Made by a program: the position numbers and the translations under genes
The notes under the pieces: model-generated
What the model saw: only the letters and a program-made list of their open reading frames with translations
What the model was told of the DNA's origin: nothing
The model's database searches: none
DNA from: Octopus sinensis
Taxonomy: Eukaryota
Direction of reading: 5' to 3'
NCBI RefSeq assembly: GCF_006345805.1
Contig: NC_043009.1
Coordinates: 70,246,001 to 70,310,000 of the forward strand
DNA: 64,000 nucleotides
Shown: in pieces, positions 1-14,159 of the stretch
Layout of the letters: each line of letters starts with the position of its first letter
Position numbering within the stretch: the first letter of the stretch is position 1

Positions 1-135
1 AACAGCTGTGTGTTTGTGGGCATGTCGCCAAACATGGACCCCTAGAACAAACACGGATGCTGAGCTGTTTGGCTAAACCCTTGAAGGCGGTGCTCCAGCA
101 TGGCCGCAGTTCACTGCCTAAAACAAGTAAGAATT
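1..135 (+). mobile_element. 3' end of SINE-like repeat (GGTGCTCCAGCATGGCCGCAG family)
   Basis: GGCGGTGCTCCAGCATGGCCGCAGT...AAACAAGTAAGAA. The same motif occurs inverted at ~13.6 kb and partially at ~30.63 kb. Confidence 0.6.
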
Positions 136-287
136 AAATGGTGTAGACACACACATATCCCTATATACATATATATGTATTTACATACATTTACATATAT
201 ACACACACATATATATATATATCTACATATATATATATATAATATATATATATATAAACATAGAAACAAAGAGGTAGAGAGAAAGGT

Positions 288-318
<31 letters not shown>

Positions 319-479
319 CATGTATAAACATGTGCATAAAACGAATTAAAATAAACAAGACTGGTATCCACAACATTATAATTTATCAATATTGCAGAAC
401 CTCACTATCAAAACTCTCAGTATCTCCCTCCTCTCCTCTTTCCTCCTCCCCCACTCCTGCTCCTCATCATCACATCGAA

Positions 480-990
480 AAACCACCACCACCACCACCA
501 CCACCACCATCGCTACCATAATCCTCATCAACCTACTGTTCCTGCCCCTCCCCCCTCTTCGTCTTTTATAAAGAACAGTAATAATAAAAGCAACCGTATC
601 AGAATTACATCTATAATGAAAATTGTATACAATGCAGATATACGATAGCAATCAAGCACACCGTCTACAACAACAACAACAACAGCAGCAGCAGCAACAA
701 CAACAACAACAACAACAGCAACAACAACAGCAATAACAACAGCAACAACAGCAACAACAGTGGTAGCAGCAGGAGGAGCAACGCCTGCGTCTATCAGAAG
801 AACAGATGTTGCAACGGGAACGAGGTTGGAAAATAATAACACAATACATAAATAAATATATAAATAAAACAGAAAAATGAAAGAAAAAAAAAGAACTTAT
901 AATAACAATGTAAGAAACATAACTGCACAGCAACACCAGCAGCAGCAGCAGCAATAATGGCAACAACATCAACAACAACAACAACGACAT
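480..990. repeat. Compound trinucleotide low-complexity tract (CCA/CAA/CAG)n
   Basis: Runs of CCA, CAA, CAG and AAT; stops occur in all three plus frames. Confidence 0.85.
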
Positions 991-3900
991 GTTGTTAGTA
1001 GGAAAGAGAAATATCTGACAGATGGAATTCTGTAATTGACGGCAAACGTAATGCAGTCTAATCAGTGGCTTTCTGCAACAGATCCCTGAATATTTTAACT
1101 GAAAAACAAAAGCTAATATAATAATTTCCAGAGGTAATTATCTCAATGGCACCGAATTTTGACACCTTAAAAACCAGGCCGAGATCCTTCAATATATTCG
1201 TTGCAATTTCGATGTCAAACAACGGAAATTTAAGTTAAATTAAACATACATATACACACATATATATCGACATATGCATCAATATATGTTATTATTAAGT
1301 AGGATTTCAATTTCCATTTTTTTAATTGCTTACTTCAGCGCGAAGCATACGCGGTTACGCACCCTCCTACAGACTTCAATGCTCACGCACATATACACGT
1401 ATGTTATGGATGTGCTGAATATACATTTGTATATATACATCCTGTGTCTATATACATCCGTGCGTGTATGTGTGAATTTGTGGTTAATATAGGCGTGTGG
1501 AGTGCACATGTGAGCATTTCGTTGTGCATAAAGTTAATGTAGTATAAGTGTGTGTGTGTGTGCGTGTGTGTGTGCTGGTGTTTATTTATGTGTATGTGAG
1601 TGTACATGCATATGTGCTAACGTGTAGCTAACTTTCTGGCATTTCTAGGAACGGTTTGTGGGTGAATGACACACCAAGGAATGTTGGGGTGGGATCAACT
1701 CTGCCATGCATACCTGTTTGGCTAATGTCAGCCCAGAAATGCATTGAGAGTCTATATGGATGTCGACTACTTCAACAGCTACATTTTGAATTTAGAACTG
1801 TTCAATGTACAGGACTGTGTATATGATATATGGCTCCCTACCCAAGGAGACACACAAGAGCTGGGGTTTACCATGACTCGTCGCGCCATGCCAAAAATCT
1901 CTACCTTACTGCTGTTGTCTTTGATACACCTAATTTCCACGTTCTGTGTTTCTACCAAAAGCATAATTTAACTGAACAAACTTCAATGGCAAAATATAAC
2001 GTCCGATATGTCGGACAAGACAGTAGTGACCAGTAAAGCCGACCTTACATTGAGCAATCGCAGTAGAAATAAATGGAATCTGTCCGTAATGGATATTTTG
2101 TTCTTGTGCCCTTGCCATGAAATGATTAGCGAAGTTTGGTGTATGTTCCCTCTTACGTCGCGCGTAAAACGAATCGAGACTCGGGTGAAAATCCACTCTT
2201 CATCTAGGTTTGAAAAGAAAGGGCTGGTACATCCTTCTCTACCTGGAGGCTCAGTCGTGGTAACATCATAAACGTTTTGTTTCCCGTATCCGAAGATGCC
2301 CAAGATATGGATTTTCCTCTTGTCAACTTCTTCAAGTATCATTTAAAGAGGAATGTAAGGAAAAAGAGGAAAATGTTCACCCGCAGTAGGTTCAATGAAT
2401 GGTAATGGAAAGGGGTCAGATAGGAGGGGTGAAATGAGTGTACTCTTAGGTGTAAACATTAAAAGGAGGAGAAAAGAAACTGAAAAGGCGCACTTTTGAC
2501 GCCTTGGATTTGACACGAGTTGTCTGGGCTTTTGCGTAGCGGATCCTCTGAATTCCTTTGGAAGCTTTTCTCGTATTGGTGAATTTTTCTTTTCTGTCTT
2601 TTTCTTTGCTTTCGTTTTGGTCGGAGAAAACCCAAATGTGTATTTGCATTTCCTTTTTGTATTGACCAACAATATTTCTGGATACCGCTTCTTCCATGCG
2701 GTATGCCTGGGCCTCGTAAGCCACGGCACACCGAATCCTTTTGCGAACAGTGATGACAGTAGAAGGGCCGCTTCAACAAAAGAAGTGAAAGAACAGAGGT
2801 TACCGTTTGAGGCAAGGCACGGCATTTAAACGGTGAAATATTACGGGGGTAACGTACGTGTTGACCACTTTCTTTTGCAACACAGAACCGGAAATGCTTT
2901 GTTCTGTTGCCTGATGCCGTTGATGTTTGCTAGAATACCTGCGAATAGCTTTATGTCATAAGTATAAATCTCGAATGACAACCATCCGATTTGTGCCTTG
3001 TGCGGCCAAATATTATTATCCGTACTTCAGTTAGAGTTATCAGCATTTCGCAGTACTCTGCGTCTTTGGGCGAAAGCAGGAGTGCTCCATTGCGGTAGGT
3101 TCTGATATCATAAATCCTTTCTCACCCTCCGTTTAATAAAATAAATATAGAATATACAATGGCTAATTATATATTCAGCCATACACTGACATATAGACCG
3201 CAGCGCAATAACTGAAAGTGGTTCGAACAATGAAAATGATATGCATAAACTTTGATTTTAAGTGTCTCTTTTTCTGCGACATTATCCACGCAAAAGGAAT
3301 CTTGCTGCTCCTTTGAGGTGGGATCTACAAATTCAAGGGTGATTACTTTAGCTTATCTTTTAGTTTCTTTCCGTTGCAAAACTCGCGGCTGCCAAACGTG
3401 TGTGAACTACGCGCTTATGTTAATTATTTTATAGTTTATTCTTGTTTTTTTATTAGTATTTACTAAGACATAAACGAAACATGGTTTTATTATTATTAAT
3501 ATAGTAAGAATCTTGAAAAATACATTTACAATGCTAAGTATGTACAAAAGAATTTATTGTAAAAAATCTTTGGCCAATATATTTACGGCTTTTAGAAATT
3601 GGGAAGTAAACTAGAAAGTAATCTGAAGCAGTCGCCCTTTAGGGGGTTGGATCAAACGCCAAAGTAGCAGCGGAATCTTCTTTCAAAAAGTCAGAAATAT
3701 TGAGAAGGTGTATAGACATGAGGGAATGATAGAACGGGTGCGAAGGAATATATTCCATTTTGTTAGAGATGTAGCAACAGTCTCTAACAAATAGTGTCAT
3801 TGGAACTCCTTGGTTGAGTATTTTGGATTTACTTTGCTGTACACTTCAATAATCCATTGAATCTATTCAAGTAGTCGACCGATTTCTTTATGTCTTTAAT

Positions 3901-4567
3901 AAAAAAAAGGTGGTTCAGTGTCATTCGAACGCAGATCGTAAGCAATCGGAACAAACTTATTAACTCATTTCATTGGACGTAATTACAGATCGCGAGTATT
4001 TAAATGAATTACATATTAGAAAAAGGTGGAGTGAGAGAGAGAGAGAGGGGGGGCAGGGAGAGAGAGTAACAGATTGATCATTTCTCGGTCAGACGAAATC
4101 GAGAAACTTTTCGATTCCTTCCATTTGCGTCACTGTCGTCCTTGACAAGGATATAATTGGAATTAAAGTAGGACAGAAGCTTACTCTAACATGTAATCTC
4201 ACATTTCTGTTCAAACATTACGTGTTATAGCCAACATAGAAATATTTTTGCTTAGATTTCAAGTCGGTAAACTAATTTATACATTAGTATTGCTTTGGGA
4301 AGTGTTACACAGTTGCATCTACAAGAAAAATAGCTTGATCGTTGAGATAGGGCAGCAGACTGACACGCATACGAATATACATACATACACACATACAAAC
4401 GTACATACATATATATATATATATATATACACATATGTATATAAGTATTTGTATATATTTTGTGTGTATATATATATAGGTATACATACACACACACACA
4501 CACGCACACACGCATACACACACATATAAACATATATATATATATATTATATATATATATATATTTA

Positions 4568-5774
4568 CCAGGTCATCCCATAAGTTCTGTCCGAATTTTG
4601 AATAAAGAAAACAAGTGATCAAATGTTATACTTAATTGAAATGTAATCATCAATGTACTTTCCCTGATTATCTATGACTTCCTTCCATCTATTTACAAGC
4701 TTTTTAATCCCATCAATGTAAAACTCTTTTGGTTTCAAAGCGAAGAACTCTGAAATGTCAGTTACGACCTCCTCTTGGCTTGCGAAAGTTACGTCCCCAC
4801 AAATGATTCTGTAAACTATGAAACAAATGGTATCCTGAAGGAGCAAGGTTGGGAGAATAAGGTGGATGAGGAAATTTTCCCAACCAAGCTCTTCTATCTT
4901 CTGTGATGTGATCTTTGCAGTGTGGGGTCGTGCATTGTCCTGATGAAATATCACTCCTTTTCGATTCACTAAAGCGGGTCGTTTTTCTTCAAAGCTTGGT
5001 TCAAACGCCCTAATTGCTGACAGTAGACTTGAGCATTGATTGTTGCGTTAGGTGGTAACAATTCAAAGTGAATTACTCCTTTGCATTGTTACCAGATAGA
5101 GAGAAGAACCTTTTTCCCATGAAGTTCCTTTTTCGGTTGTGGTTGAACGTTTTCCTTTTACCAAGCCACTGTTTACGACGTTTAACATTTCGATAAAAGA
5201 TCCGTTTTTCGTCACTAGTCAGAAGTATATCTAAAAAGGGTTAAATGAGTACTCGAGATTTGCGGTTGCTTTCAGACAATTCATGAGGCACCCATTTTTC
5301 AAGTTTAGGAACCTTTGCAAGTTAAGTTGTTGAAGATGACGATGAACAGTTGTATGGTTTGAACTAAGCTTTATTGCCAATTCTTCAACTGATAATGCAG
5401 GATTTTCTTCGAGTAATGCCTCAAGGAGCTTATAATCAAACTCAACTGGACATCCTGTTCGATCTTCATCTTCAAGGCTGAAATCTCCACTGAAATCTCC
5501 ACTGAAATCTCCACTTCTGCAAGTTCTTTCATCCAAGCATTCTTTCCCATAACCTGAGTGTATGTTTCGAGTCACATCGGCTGCAGAGTTTCCTTTTTTT
5601 TTACTCCTGAAACATTATGTTAGAAATGGTTTTAATCAGAGAAATTTCAATTCTATTATCCTGTAAAATAATATTTAATTAGTTTAAATGTACACAAATG
5701 CATAAAAATAACTTTTAATTCCATTCAATTTAAAAAAAAAGGTAAGATCGGACAGAACTTATGAGATGACTTGA
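4568..5774 (-). mobile_element. Mariner (DD34D) DNA transposon, defective copy 1
   Basis: 27-bp TIRs CCAGGTCATCCCATAAGTTCTGTCCGA / TCGGACAGAACTTATGAGATGACTTGA (3 mismatches) with TA on both sides. Transposase motifs include the HTH region, TSDEK, HQDNARPH and a frameshifted PYS-x-LAPS region. Confidence 0.95.
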
Positions 5775-5955
5775 TAGCTATCTATCTATCTGTCTATCTA
5801 TATACATACATACATACATACATATATATATATATAGCATGATGGTGCTACAATTATTATCCTTCATTATAAATATACATGTGTATATATATATATATAC
5901 ATACACACACACACATATATATATATATTATATATATATATATATTATATATATG

Positions 5956-5995
<40 letters not shown>

Positions 5996-6476
5996 TATAA
6001 TATATATATATATATAATATATATATATATATATGTAAATATTTATATGTACATACATGCTGAGGGAGTGAATGACGGGGAAGAGATCAGCAGCGTGATG
6101 AGGTACGTATCTATATATATATATATGAATATATACGTGTGTGTGTGTGTGTGTACAGCTTTAATTGATATATATTCATAAGCCAAGTTGTGTGGGTGGT
6201 ACTCTGATATTCTCCGTCGCCAACCTTGTATATTCCAGCGAAGGAGTATGTGCTTAAGTAGACTTCATTTAGTGTTGTTAGTAGTTTGGTGGTGAGGGGG
6301 CGATGGAATGTCTTTTAACAACCTCATAGCTTACTTTAATTCTCATTGAACCCGCGTGCTAAACTTCAAAGCGAGGCTCCGTTTTCTCAGATGTGCGTCT
6401 GCACATCTATTTACTTATAATCAATGTTGTATTGTTACTCTAACTACACACACATACACACACACGTGCGCGCGTA

Positions 6477-6569
<93 letters not shown>

Positions 6570-6574
6570 GTATA

Positions 6575-6925
6575 TATTTCCCATAAGTAGAGACGGATAT
6601 TTTTGTTTGAGCATACATTCTCTTAGTTCTGTTAGGCATTTGTTCCTGATATTCGCATCTTCTAGAAGGCTTCACATTCTTCTGGCTAGGCAGTGTGTGA
6701 TGTTGCGTTTTATGTATGGTGGATGGCACTACTTAAAATTCAGGTATTGATGTCTATGTGTTTGTAGCATGTATCTGTGTAACGGTGGCGTCCTTTTTAA
6801 TGAGCATTACATCTAGGAATGGCAATTTGGTACTACTCATCTCCTTTGTAAATTGGAGAGATGAATATAGGTTGTTGAAGATATTGAACTCTTCCTGAAT
6901 ATTTAGGGATTCTGTCCAGATCATG
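6575..6925 (-). mobile_element. Penelope-like element, RT C-terminal/thumb fragment
   Basis: IWTES..FNNLYSSLQFTKE..KLPFLDV, then (frameshifted) HQYLNF..CHP..KRNI..CLARR..KQKYP, typical of the PLE RT thumb. Confidence 0.85.
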
Positions 6926-6926
6926 A

Positions 6927-6959
<33 letters not shown>

Positions 6960-7311
6960 ACACACACTTACACTCCTCTTGAATCAAACTACATATATAT
7001 ATTAATATATATATATATATATATGTAGTTTGATTCAAGAGGAGAGTAAGCAACTCGACAAGTATTGTAATAATAAATACCAGAATATCGCTTCTTTGGA
7101 CAGCAGTGATGGAATGATTCTACTGTCGTAGATTGAATAAAAGAAGTGGACTTGGAAATTCCACCATTGTTACCGAATGCACCATCCACCTGAATAAGTC
7201 CGGAAATTACTAAGGGCAAAATGTTGTGACAATAACAATGACAAGGTTAGGACACTATTCTGCTTGTATCAATGTAAAATAATGGTAAGTTTTCTCAGAA
7301 ATTCAGATATT

Positions 7312-7363
<52 letters not shown>

Positions 7364-8307
7364 GTGTGTGCTTGTGTGTACGTATGTGTGCTTGAGTGTG
7401 AGGTCTTGAGTGTGTGTGTTTGTGGTTTTATATATATATATATGATGAGCGAGAAATAGATATATGCGATTCTAATGATAGCTCTTTGTACTAATATAAG
7501 TAAATATAATTTATGTGTATTGGGAAAAGATATATATTTGAAGGCTCTCCCCTCTTTCTTTCTCCGCTTCATATGCACACATCCATACAGGGGAGCCACT
7601 ATACTCCCTCATATGTCCATGTGTTTGTATGTTTGCGACTTTGTATTTCGGTACTCATTCCAACGCTTTCGCATTTCACTCGATTTACATGGCAGGTAGG
7701 TGAGCAGAGCAGAATTTTCCATACGATAATTGGTTAGGTTAAGAAGTGTGTTATAAAATAAATTAATCATGGTTCTAGAAGAATGGTTATGAAATGGTAA
7801 GTGAGAACTTATCTAAGCGGAATAATTCATCTTCCTCAATTTCCCTCCATTACCTATAGCCAGGTAACAGTTTTTCATTACTTAAATACAGACAGCAGAT
7901 TGAGATAGTAATAATAGTTCACGTTCACACACTCACACACACACACACACACGTATATGTGTGTATTTACTCGAGGAAGCTCACACAAAAGAGGCAGATG
8001 CGCATTTGTGTGTAAACAAGCGCTGGTAAGCATTTGTACATAAATATGTATATATGCACAGGCAAACGTATAACGTGTACGCACACATTTGTGTTGGAAA
8101 TATTACATACACACACATGCACACACACACACATATATGTATATATGTATATACATACTTATATACATATATATATATATGTATATACATACTTGTATAC
8201 TATATATGTGTATATATATATGCATATGGATATACATACAGGCATGAATATAAGTTTCCGTAAGTTATTACATAGGTATGTAATAACAATGATGATGATA
8301 ATGAAGA

Positions 8308-8397
<90 letters not shown>

Positions 8398-8569
8398 TTC
8401 TTTCCACTGTGGGCCTGAAAATTTAGACAGGTGGTAGATAGTCAATTGCATCGATCCGGTACTCATTTGGTGATTATTTTATTGATCAGGAAAGGATGAA
8501 AGTCAAAGTTGTCTGACTCCATTGCATGTAGGCCTTCAAATATAGGACCATCTCGTTCGATATAACTCC

Positions 8570-9010
8570 ATAAATCCATACCTGAAGAGTGACTAGACTT
8601 TGAAGGAATCCGTTCAGATCAGTTTCGTTGTGTTGAGAGCATTTTGGACAGATCTGCTGGACGATACTTTAATGCCAAGAAGTTTTCCCCAAACAACTAG
8701 TGACTGACAAGGATTTCTAGAAATTATTCTTTGCAGACCTTCACTGAAATTTCTTCCTATATGACTAATCTATACATTCTCATCGACAGCTATTTTTCTG
8801 AAAGGAAGTTTTCGAATTTACACGCTGCTATTCTTCTATATATTGCTGAAATGGAACTTGCAGTGATCACATTGCGCTGCGTGTTGAGGCCGAGGTTGCC
8901 TGACGATATTTCAGATGCTAGTTTCCTAATCTTGGTTTTTTGTGACCCTGGATCATAGAGACGACCGAGCTGTAGAAATATGTGTGCTAATGACGTGTGC
9001 TCGTTGGGGC
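8570..9010 (-). mobile_element. Old Tx1-like LINE ORF2 C-terminal fragment
   Basis: HLKYRQA and CPKCSQHNETDLNG resemble HREYRHA and YSRCSQNNETILHA of the copy at 51.7-52.0 kb. Confidence 0.55.
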
Positions 9011-11344
9011 GCGTATGTGGGCTGGAGTTCATCGCTTCTATATTTCTTATGCTTTTAACATACTACACTACATAAGTCATGTTGTCATATGACAAATATT
9101 GTAGCAACTGGCTTATTGTCGGTGAATATACATTAAAGATGGTGAGGATGAGGCTAGCATGTGTCACGCTTGAGTAATTGTGAAGACCTTTTTAAACGAA
9201 ACCATGAGTTGCCGGAAACACTGCGCTCACCAAGTACCTATTTAAATAATCGATTGGTTGAATATACATAGGTCTTGTGTATATATTAGACAGTCTCAGG
9301 TGGGAAATTGGCGGAAACAAATGGTATTGTTTGTAGTTTTAGAAGTCTTTTGACGGATCTGTCATGGTATCAACGGCTACATTATCCACTTTAAGTTTTT
9401 CCTTCTAAGACAGCAGTCTCATGTAGTTTCACCAACTCTTTCTCTCAGATCAATCGACTTTGGTAATTTTTCTTCATCGTATGTTAATGTCTCGCAGAAA
9501 TCTTGGTTACTCCATTGACTTTCATAAACATAATATCCCTTCTTGATAACGCATTACCTTGCACAAATGTTCATCAAAATGCAACCTAACGTATACAAGA
9601 GTTGGTGGAATGTATGATGGGTCTTTATAGGGATCATCAAATAGGAAGAAATAATATATAAGGTAACCTTGAAGTATATTTTTGCTTCACACCTCTTCTC
9701 ACTCACTTGTTAAATAAAAGGACTTGTTAAATATTGATGTCTACTTAACTGTTTCTCTCCCACCAAGTTTCTAGCGTGTGCTTCAGTTCGAAATTGTTAT
9801 TAAAAGTTGTATGGATCGCTATTTAAATATTGATTTCTAATAGGAAGATAATGAAAATTGATAGCGTGGAGGGGGGATGGTGATGGCGATGAAGGTGAGG
9901 TGGAATGATGGTCCGGGATGATATTATTTATGTAAATTAAGAGGTACAATGTAACGATAGATCTTACGTCGGCAACACACACACACACACACACCACACA
10001 CACACACACAAATAAATAAAATAAATACATGCACCGAGATATCAGATAGATTACTAAACTAGATATAATAAATCTTCTCAGGATTTCGTTCGCTGGAGAT
10101 TCTGTTGGAAGATAGAGTGGCAACATGTGAAGGATTGGTAGATAAGATCGGAATTGCTTGTTCTTTGAATAGAGTTCTTTAATGTTTTGTTTGGATTCAT
10201 GGCTAAAGTTGATTTAAATGCTAATGTGTCAATTAAGGATTAAATAGATAACTACTTAATATTCATATTTGTGTAGAGAGCAGGACTTGGAAAAAAAGTA
10301 GCCCCACTTTTCTCCATTTGGTAAGTTCTGAGATTATATGCTTAACAGAACATTTAAGTTATGGCGAAATAAAAATAGCAACTCAATTCACAAAAACAAC
10401 AATACTGATGTTCAGAGTTGTAATATGTCTAAAAGGAATTCTTGAAGACAAAAGCTTCCATTTCTATCGGTCGTTGAACTTGAATGACGAAGAACACCGG
10501 TACAATGGAGAAAAGCCGAAAACTTGACCAAACCACAGACACAGGCATCTTTCTCTACTCGAGAATCGTCAGTGTCAAATTAAAGTCATTAATTTCATTG
10601 CTGAGATGCTAGTCGACTTTCCGACTACATTTAAAACCAACCAGAAATTGTCTTAAATTTAAATAAAAATGTAAACAAATGCTATCGTCTCCATCAAACA
10701 ACACTCATATACTTCTCTGTAACCGACAGAAATGGCGGCAGAACATAAAAAGCTCAAAAATATTTTAAAATCACAATCTGAACATAATTTTAAAAATTTC
10801 TTTAAGCTATTTTTAAGTAACATACATTTATTGAATAAGTGTTATAAAAAAATCCCTTCACACCGTAGAAGTTACTGGACGATATATCTAGGAACTAGAT
10901 AACTAATAATGCAAATGGTAATATCTACACATGCTTTTGTACGGCTGCTGTCAGTATGAAGGAATAGCTTGGAATAATTTGGAGCGCATATAGCACGACC
11001 AAGCGGGTTTTTATCCATCTGGTTTTACCCACATTACAGGAAAATATAAACAACATACAGCTCAGAATAGGGAAGTTAAATACAAACAAAATATAGAGTG
11101 AATAAAAAGTTCACAACATACTAACAACATCGTATGAGGAAATTGACCAAAATGAATAGAGATTCTACTGTAAATATTGAGAGAAAATGAATAGCTCAAA
11201 AGAATGAGCACGAGACACAGAGAGAAAAATGGCCACAAATAAAATACCCAGAGAAAGTTTGGGAGAAATTTGACAGTTTGCGAAAAGGAGAAAAAACATC
11301 TCATTCGAATATGAAAGTAATTAAAAAAAAGTAGATTATGTCTG

Positions 11345-11590
11345 AGAGATAACAGTTTATTGAATGTAGCCGCCCTCAGCTTCCAGCACGGACTCAGGAC
11401 GCTTCCAGGCCCTACTGTATTCGTTCCTCACCCCATCTCTTGAAAGATTTTCGAACACCTCCTTCACCTTGATCACCAGTTCGACTTTGGTGTTGTAGGC
11501 AAAGCATTTGGTCTCTTTCTCAACCACACTCCACACATAATGCTCCATCGGATTACAATTGGGGTAATACGGAGGCCAGAAAATCTCTCA
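11345..11590 (-). mobile_element. Tc1/mariner (DD37D/maT-like) transposase C-terminal fragment
   Basis: WPPYYPNCNPMEHYVWSVVE...VLEAEGGYIQ* resembles the WPPSSPDLNPLDY.VW...AEGGYIE motif. Confidence 0.75.
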
Positions 11591-11642
11591 CTTTCTCTTT
11601 TTCTGTCTTTCTCTCTCTCTCCCTCTCTCTCTATCTATCTAT

Positions 11643-11675
<33 letters not shown>

Positions 11676-11706
11676 CGTTGTAATTATTCAAAACCCTTAT
11701 TGTAAC

Positions 11707-11789
<83 letters not shown>

Positions 11790-11791
<2 letters not shown>

Positions 11792-12195
11792 AGTTACAAT
11801 AAGGGTTTTGAATAATTACAACGCTAGTCTACTAGAAGTAGACCCCAAATGGTCTAAGAACCACTTAGATTATTACTCCACTACCACAAGTTTGTAAGCG
11901 AGGGAAATAGACAGCGAGGATTTATAAAACAATTTGTAGAGTGCCATATGTATAGATTTCACGGTTTCAGTTATTAAAAACGCTTTCCGAAATACACACA
12001 TACACACCGCCATAAGCACGTGCAATATCCATGGCTCTTCCCATGGATTCACGAAATTCAAAATCCAAGCGTCTCTTTCAACGATCTGGTTATTTATTCG
12101 GAATTGTTCTGCAGTAAATATGTCATAGGAGTGAATTTGGGGTCTACTTCTAGTAGACTGCCGTTGTAATTATTCAAAGCCCTTATTGTAATTTT
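11790..12195. mobile_element. Non-coding inverted-repeat cassette A (61-bp terminal IRs) abutting (TA)n
   Basis: 11790-11850 is the reverse complement of 12135-12195 (56/61 matches). A perfect inverted 37-bp copy of the terminus lies at 11673-11709. Confidence 0.85.
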
Positions 12196-12374
12196 AATAT
12201 AAGTGAACCATTATGGTATTTTAGTATGCTGGCCACTGATAAATTCATTAACTAATGATTTTATCCTAATTACGCATAAATATATATATATAAACACACA
12301 AGCACATATACAATGCATACACACACACATACATACACACATACATACATACATACACACATACATACACACAT

Positions 12375-12405
<31 letters not shown>

Positions 12406-12899
12406 TACATACACACACACACACATACATACATACATACATACATACATACATACACACACACACATACATACACACACACACATACATACATACATAC
12501 ATACATACATACATACATACATACATACATACATACATACATACATACATAGATACATACATTGATGCATCCATAGAATGAAATGCAAATTTGAGTTTGG
12601 CAGGACTTGAATACAGAGTGCCAAGAGACGAAAGCCATATCACCTTTTTGACGTGCGAATATATTAATTTGTCACCTAAATACGTCACAGAACTCTCCCA
12701 AATGCAAGATACTTCGTTTGAAATACGTTGATACGCGAGCGTTCTCTTAAATCAATTCCAGCTGTGAGCCCAGGAACCGGTCGGGTTGATTTCCCTCTTC
12801 ATCTTTCATGGAAAAGCTTAGGGAGTATTTTGATTTATAGATATTACCTTAAAATTGTGAGCTTGTGTGTGTGTGTGTGTGTGGGAGGGGGTCGGTACT

Positions 12900-13600
12900 G
12901 AAGGACTGAAAGAGGCTAAGAGAGGGTGGGAGGAGAAGTGAAAAATTGAAAAATAAATGCAAAGGGAGGGAAATGTTGGAATGTGGAAGAAAAAACGAAG
13001 AAGCGAGAACACTGAAAGGAATGAAAGAAAGGAAAATATGAATGCATAAAGGAAGAAAAAACGTAATTGAGAAAGAGGAAATAAAGGAATAAATAAATAA
13101 AAGGAGAGAAAAGGAATAAGATATGAATTAAGAAAGACAGAAAAAACAAGAAGCGAGGAAATAAAGAAAGGAAAAAATACAAAAAAAAAGAATGTAGAAA
13201 GAAAGGACGAAAGAAAGAAAGAAGGAAAGAAAGTAACACGGAAAATGAGAAATGACAAAAATTGAATAAAACGGAATGAATGGAGAAGGAAAAGGGAAAA
13301 ATGAATGAGAAAATGAGAAAACTGAAGGATTATAAAATGAAATTAAGAAACAAAAGGGAAGAAAGAAAATGAAAGGAAGAAGCAAAGAAGAAATGAAAGA
13401 AGGAGTCAGCAGAAAGAAAAAAACGAGAATTGAACAGAAGAAACCGATGTCGTTTAATAAAAAATGGGTTGGAAGAAACGAATGAAATAATAATAGAGAA
13501 GACGACGACATCATCTGTATATATAAAGAAAAAAAGAACCAAAATTAAGAGTTTTGCAGAAAGAGCAAGACGCAGAGTTGAACCAAATTCATTTATTCTT
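12900..13600. repeat. Purine-rich (GA/AAAG) low-complexity tract
   Basis: About 700 bp dominated by A and G on the plus strand. Confidence 0.85.
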
Positions 13601-13775
13601 TTACTTGTTTCAGACTGCGGCCAAGCTGGAGCACCGTCTCCAAAGAATCAACCCAGCAACTTATTTTTAAGCTTGGTACTTATTCTCTCGGTCTCTTAGA
13701 CGTTGAACCGCTGAGTTAAGGGGTCGTAAACACACCAACATTAATTGCCAGTCGGTTGAGGTGAACAAACACACA
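13590..13775 (-). mobile_element. SINE (GGTGCTCCAGC family), degenerate
   Basis: TCTTTTACTTGTTTCAG..GACTGCGGCCAAGCTGGAGCACCG...GTACTTATTCTCTCGGTCTC...GTAAACACACC. Confidence 0.7.
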
Positions 13776-14101
13776 AATGCATCTTTAGATCTATACATAC
13801 ATGCCTATATATATATATATATATATATTATAATAATAATAACTGATTTGTCTGTCGTGTTATTCCTAACTCGACGAGCATATAACAACATGACCGCCCA
13901 AGCTCGAGATATTTAGCAGGTGTAGAAGAAAGAGGGGACGAAACGATCGTTGTGCTAAACAAAGCCTAATACCAAATCCATCTTCTGGTTATTTTATTAT
14001 TATTATTATTATTGTTGTTGTTGTTGTTGTTATTGTTATTATTATTGTTGTTGTTGTTGTTGTTGTTGTTATTGTTATTATTATTGTTGTTGTTGTTGTT
14101 G

Positions 14102-14159
<58 letters not shown>

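Noticed and set aside
395-990. Apparent polyH/polyQ/polyN transcription-factor-like exon after TTGCAG at ~395
   Set aside because: All three plus frames hit stops before or within the repeat, and no domain is recognisable.
9520-9600. LLDNAL resembling the pogo/Tigger LLLDNA motif
   Set aside because: The match is too short and has no supporting downstream motif.
10538-10576. Hammerhead-like string on the minus strand (GACA-CTGACGA...GAA-AGATGCCT-G-TGTC)
   Set aside because: Stem II does not pair in register, position 17 is G and stem I has only 4 bp, so it is compatible with chance or heavy decay.
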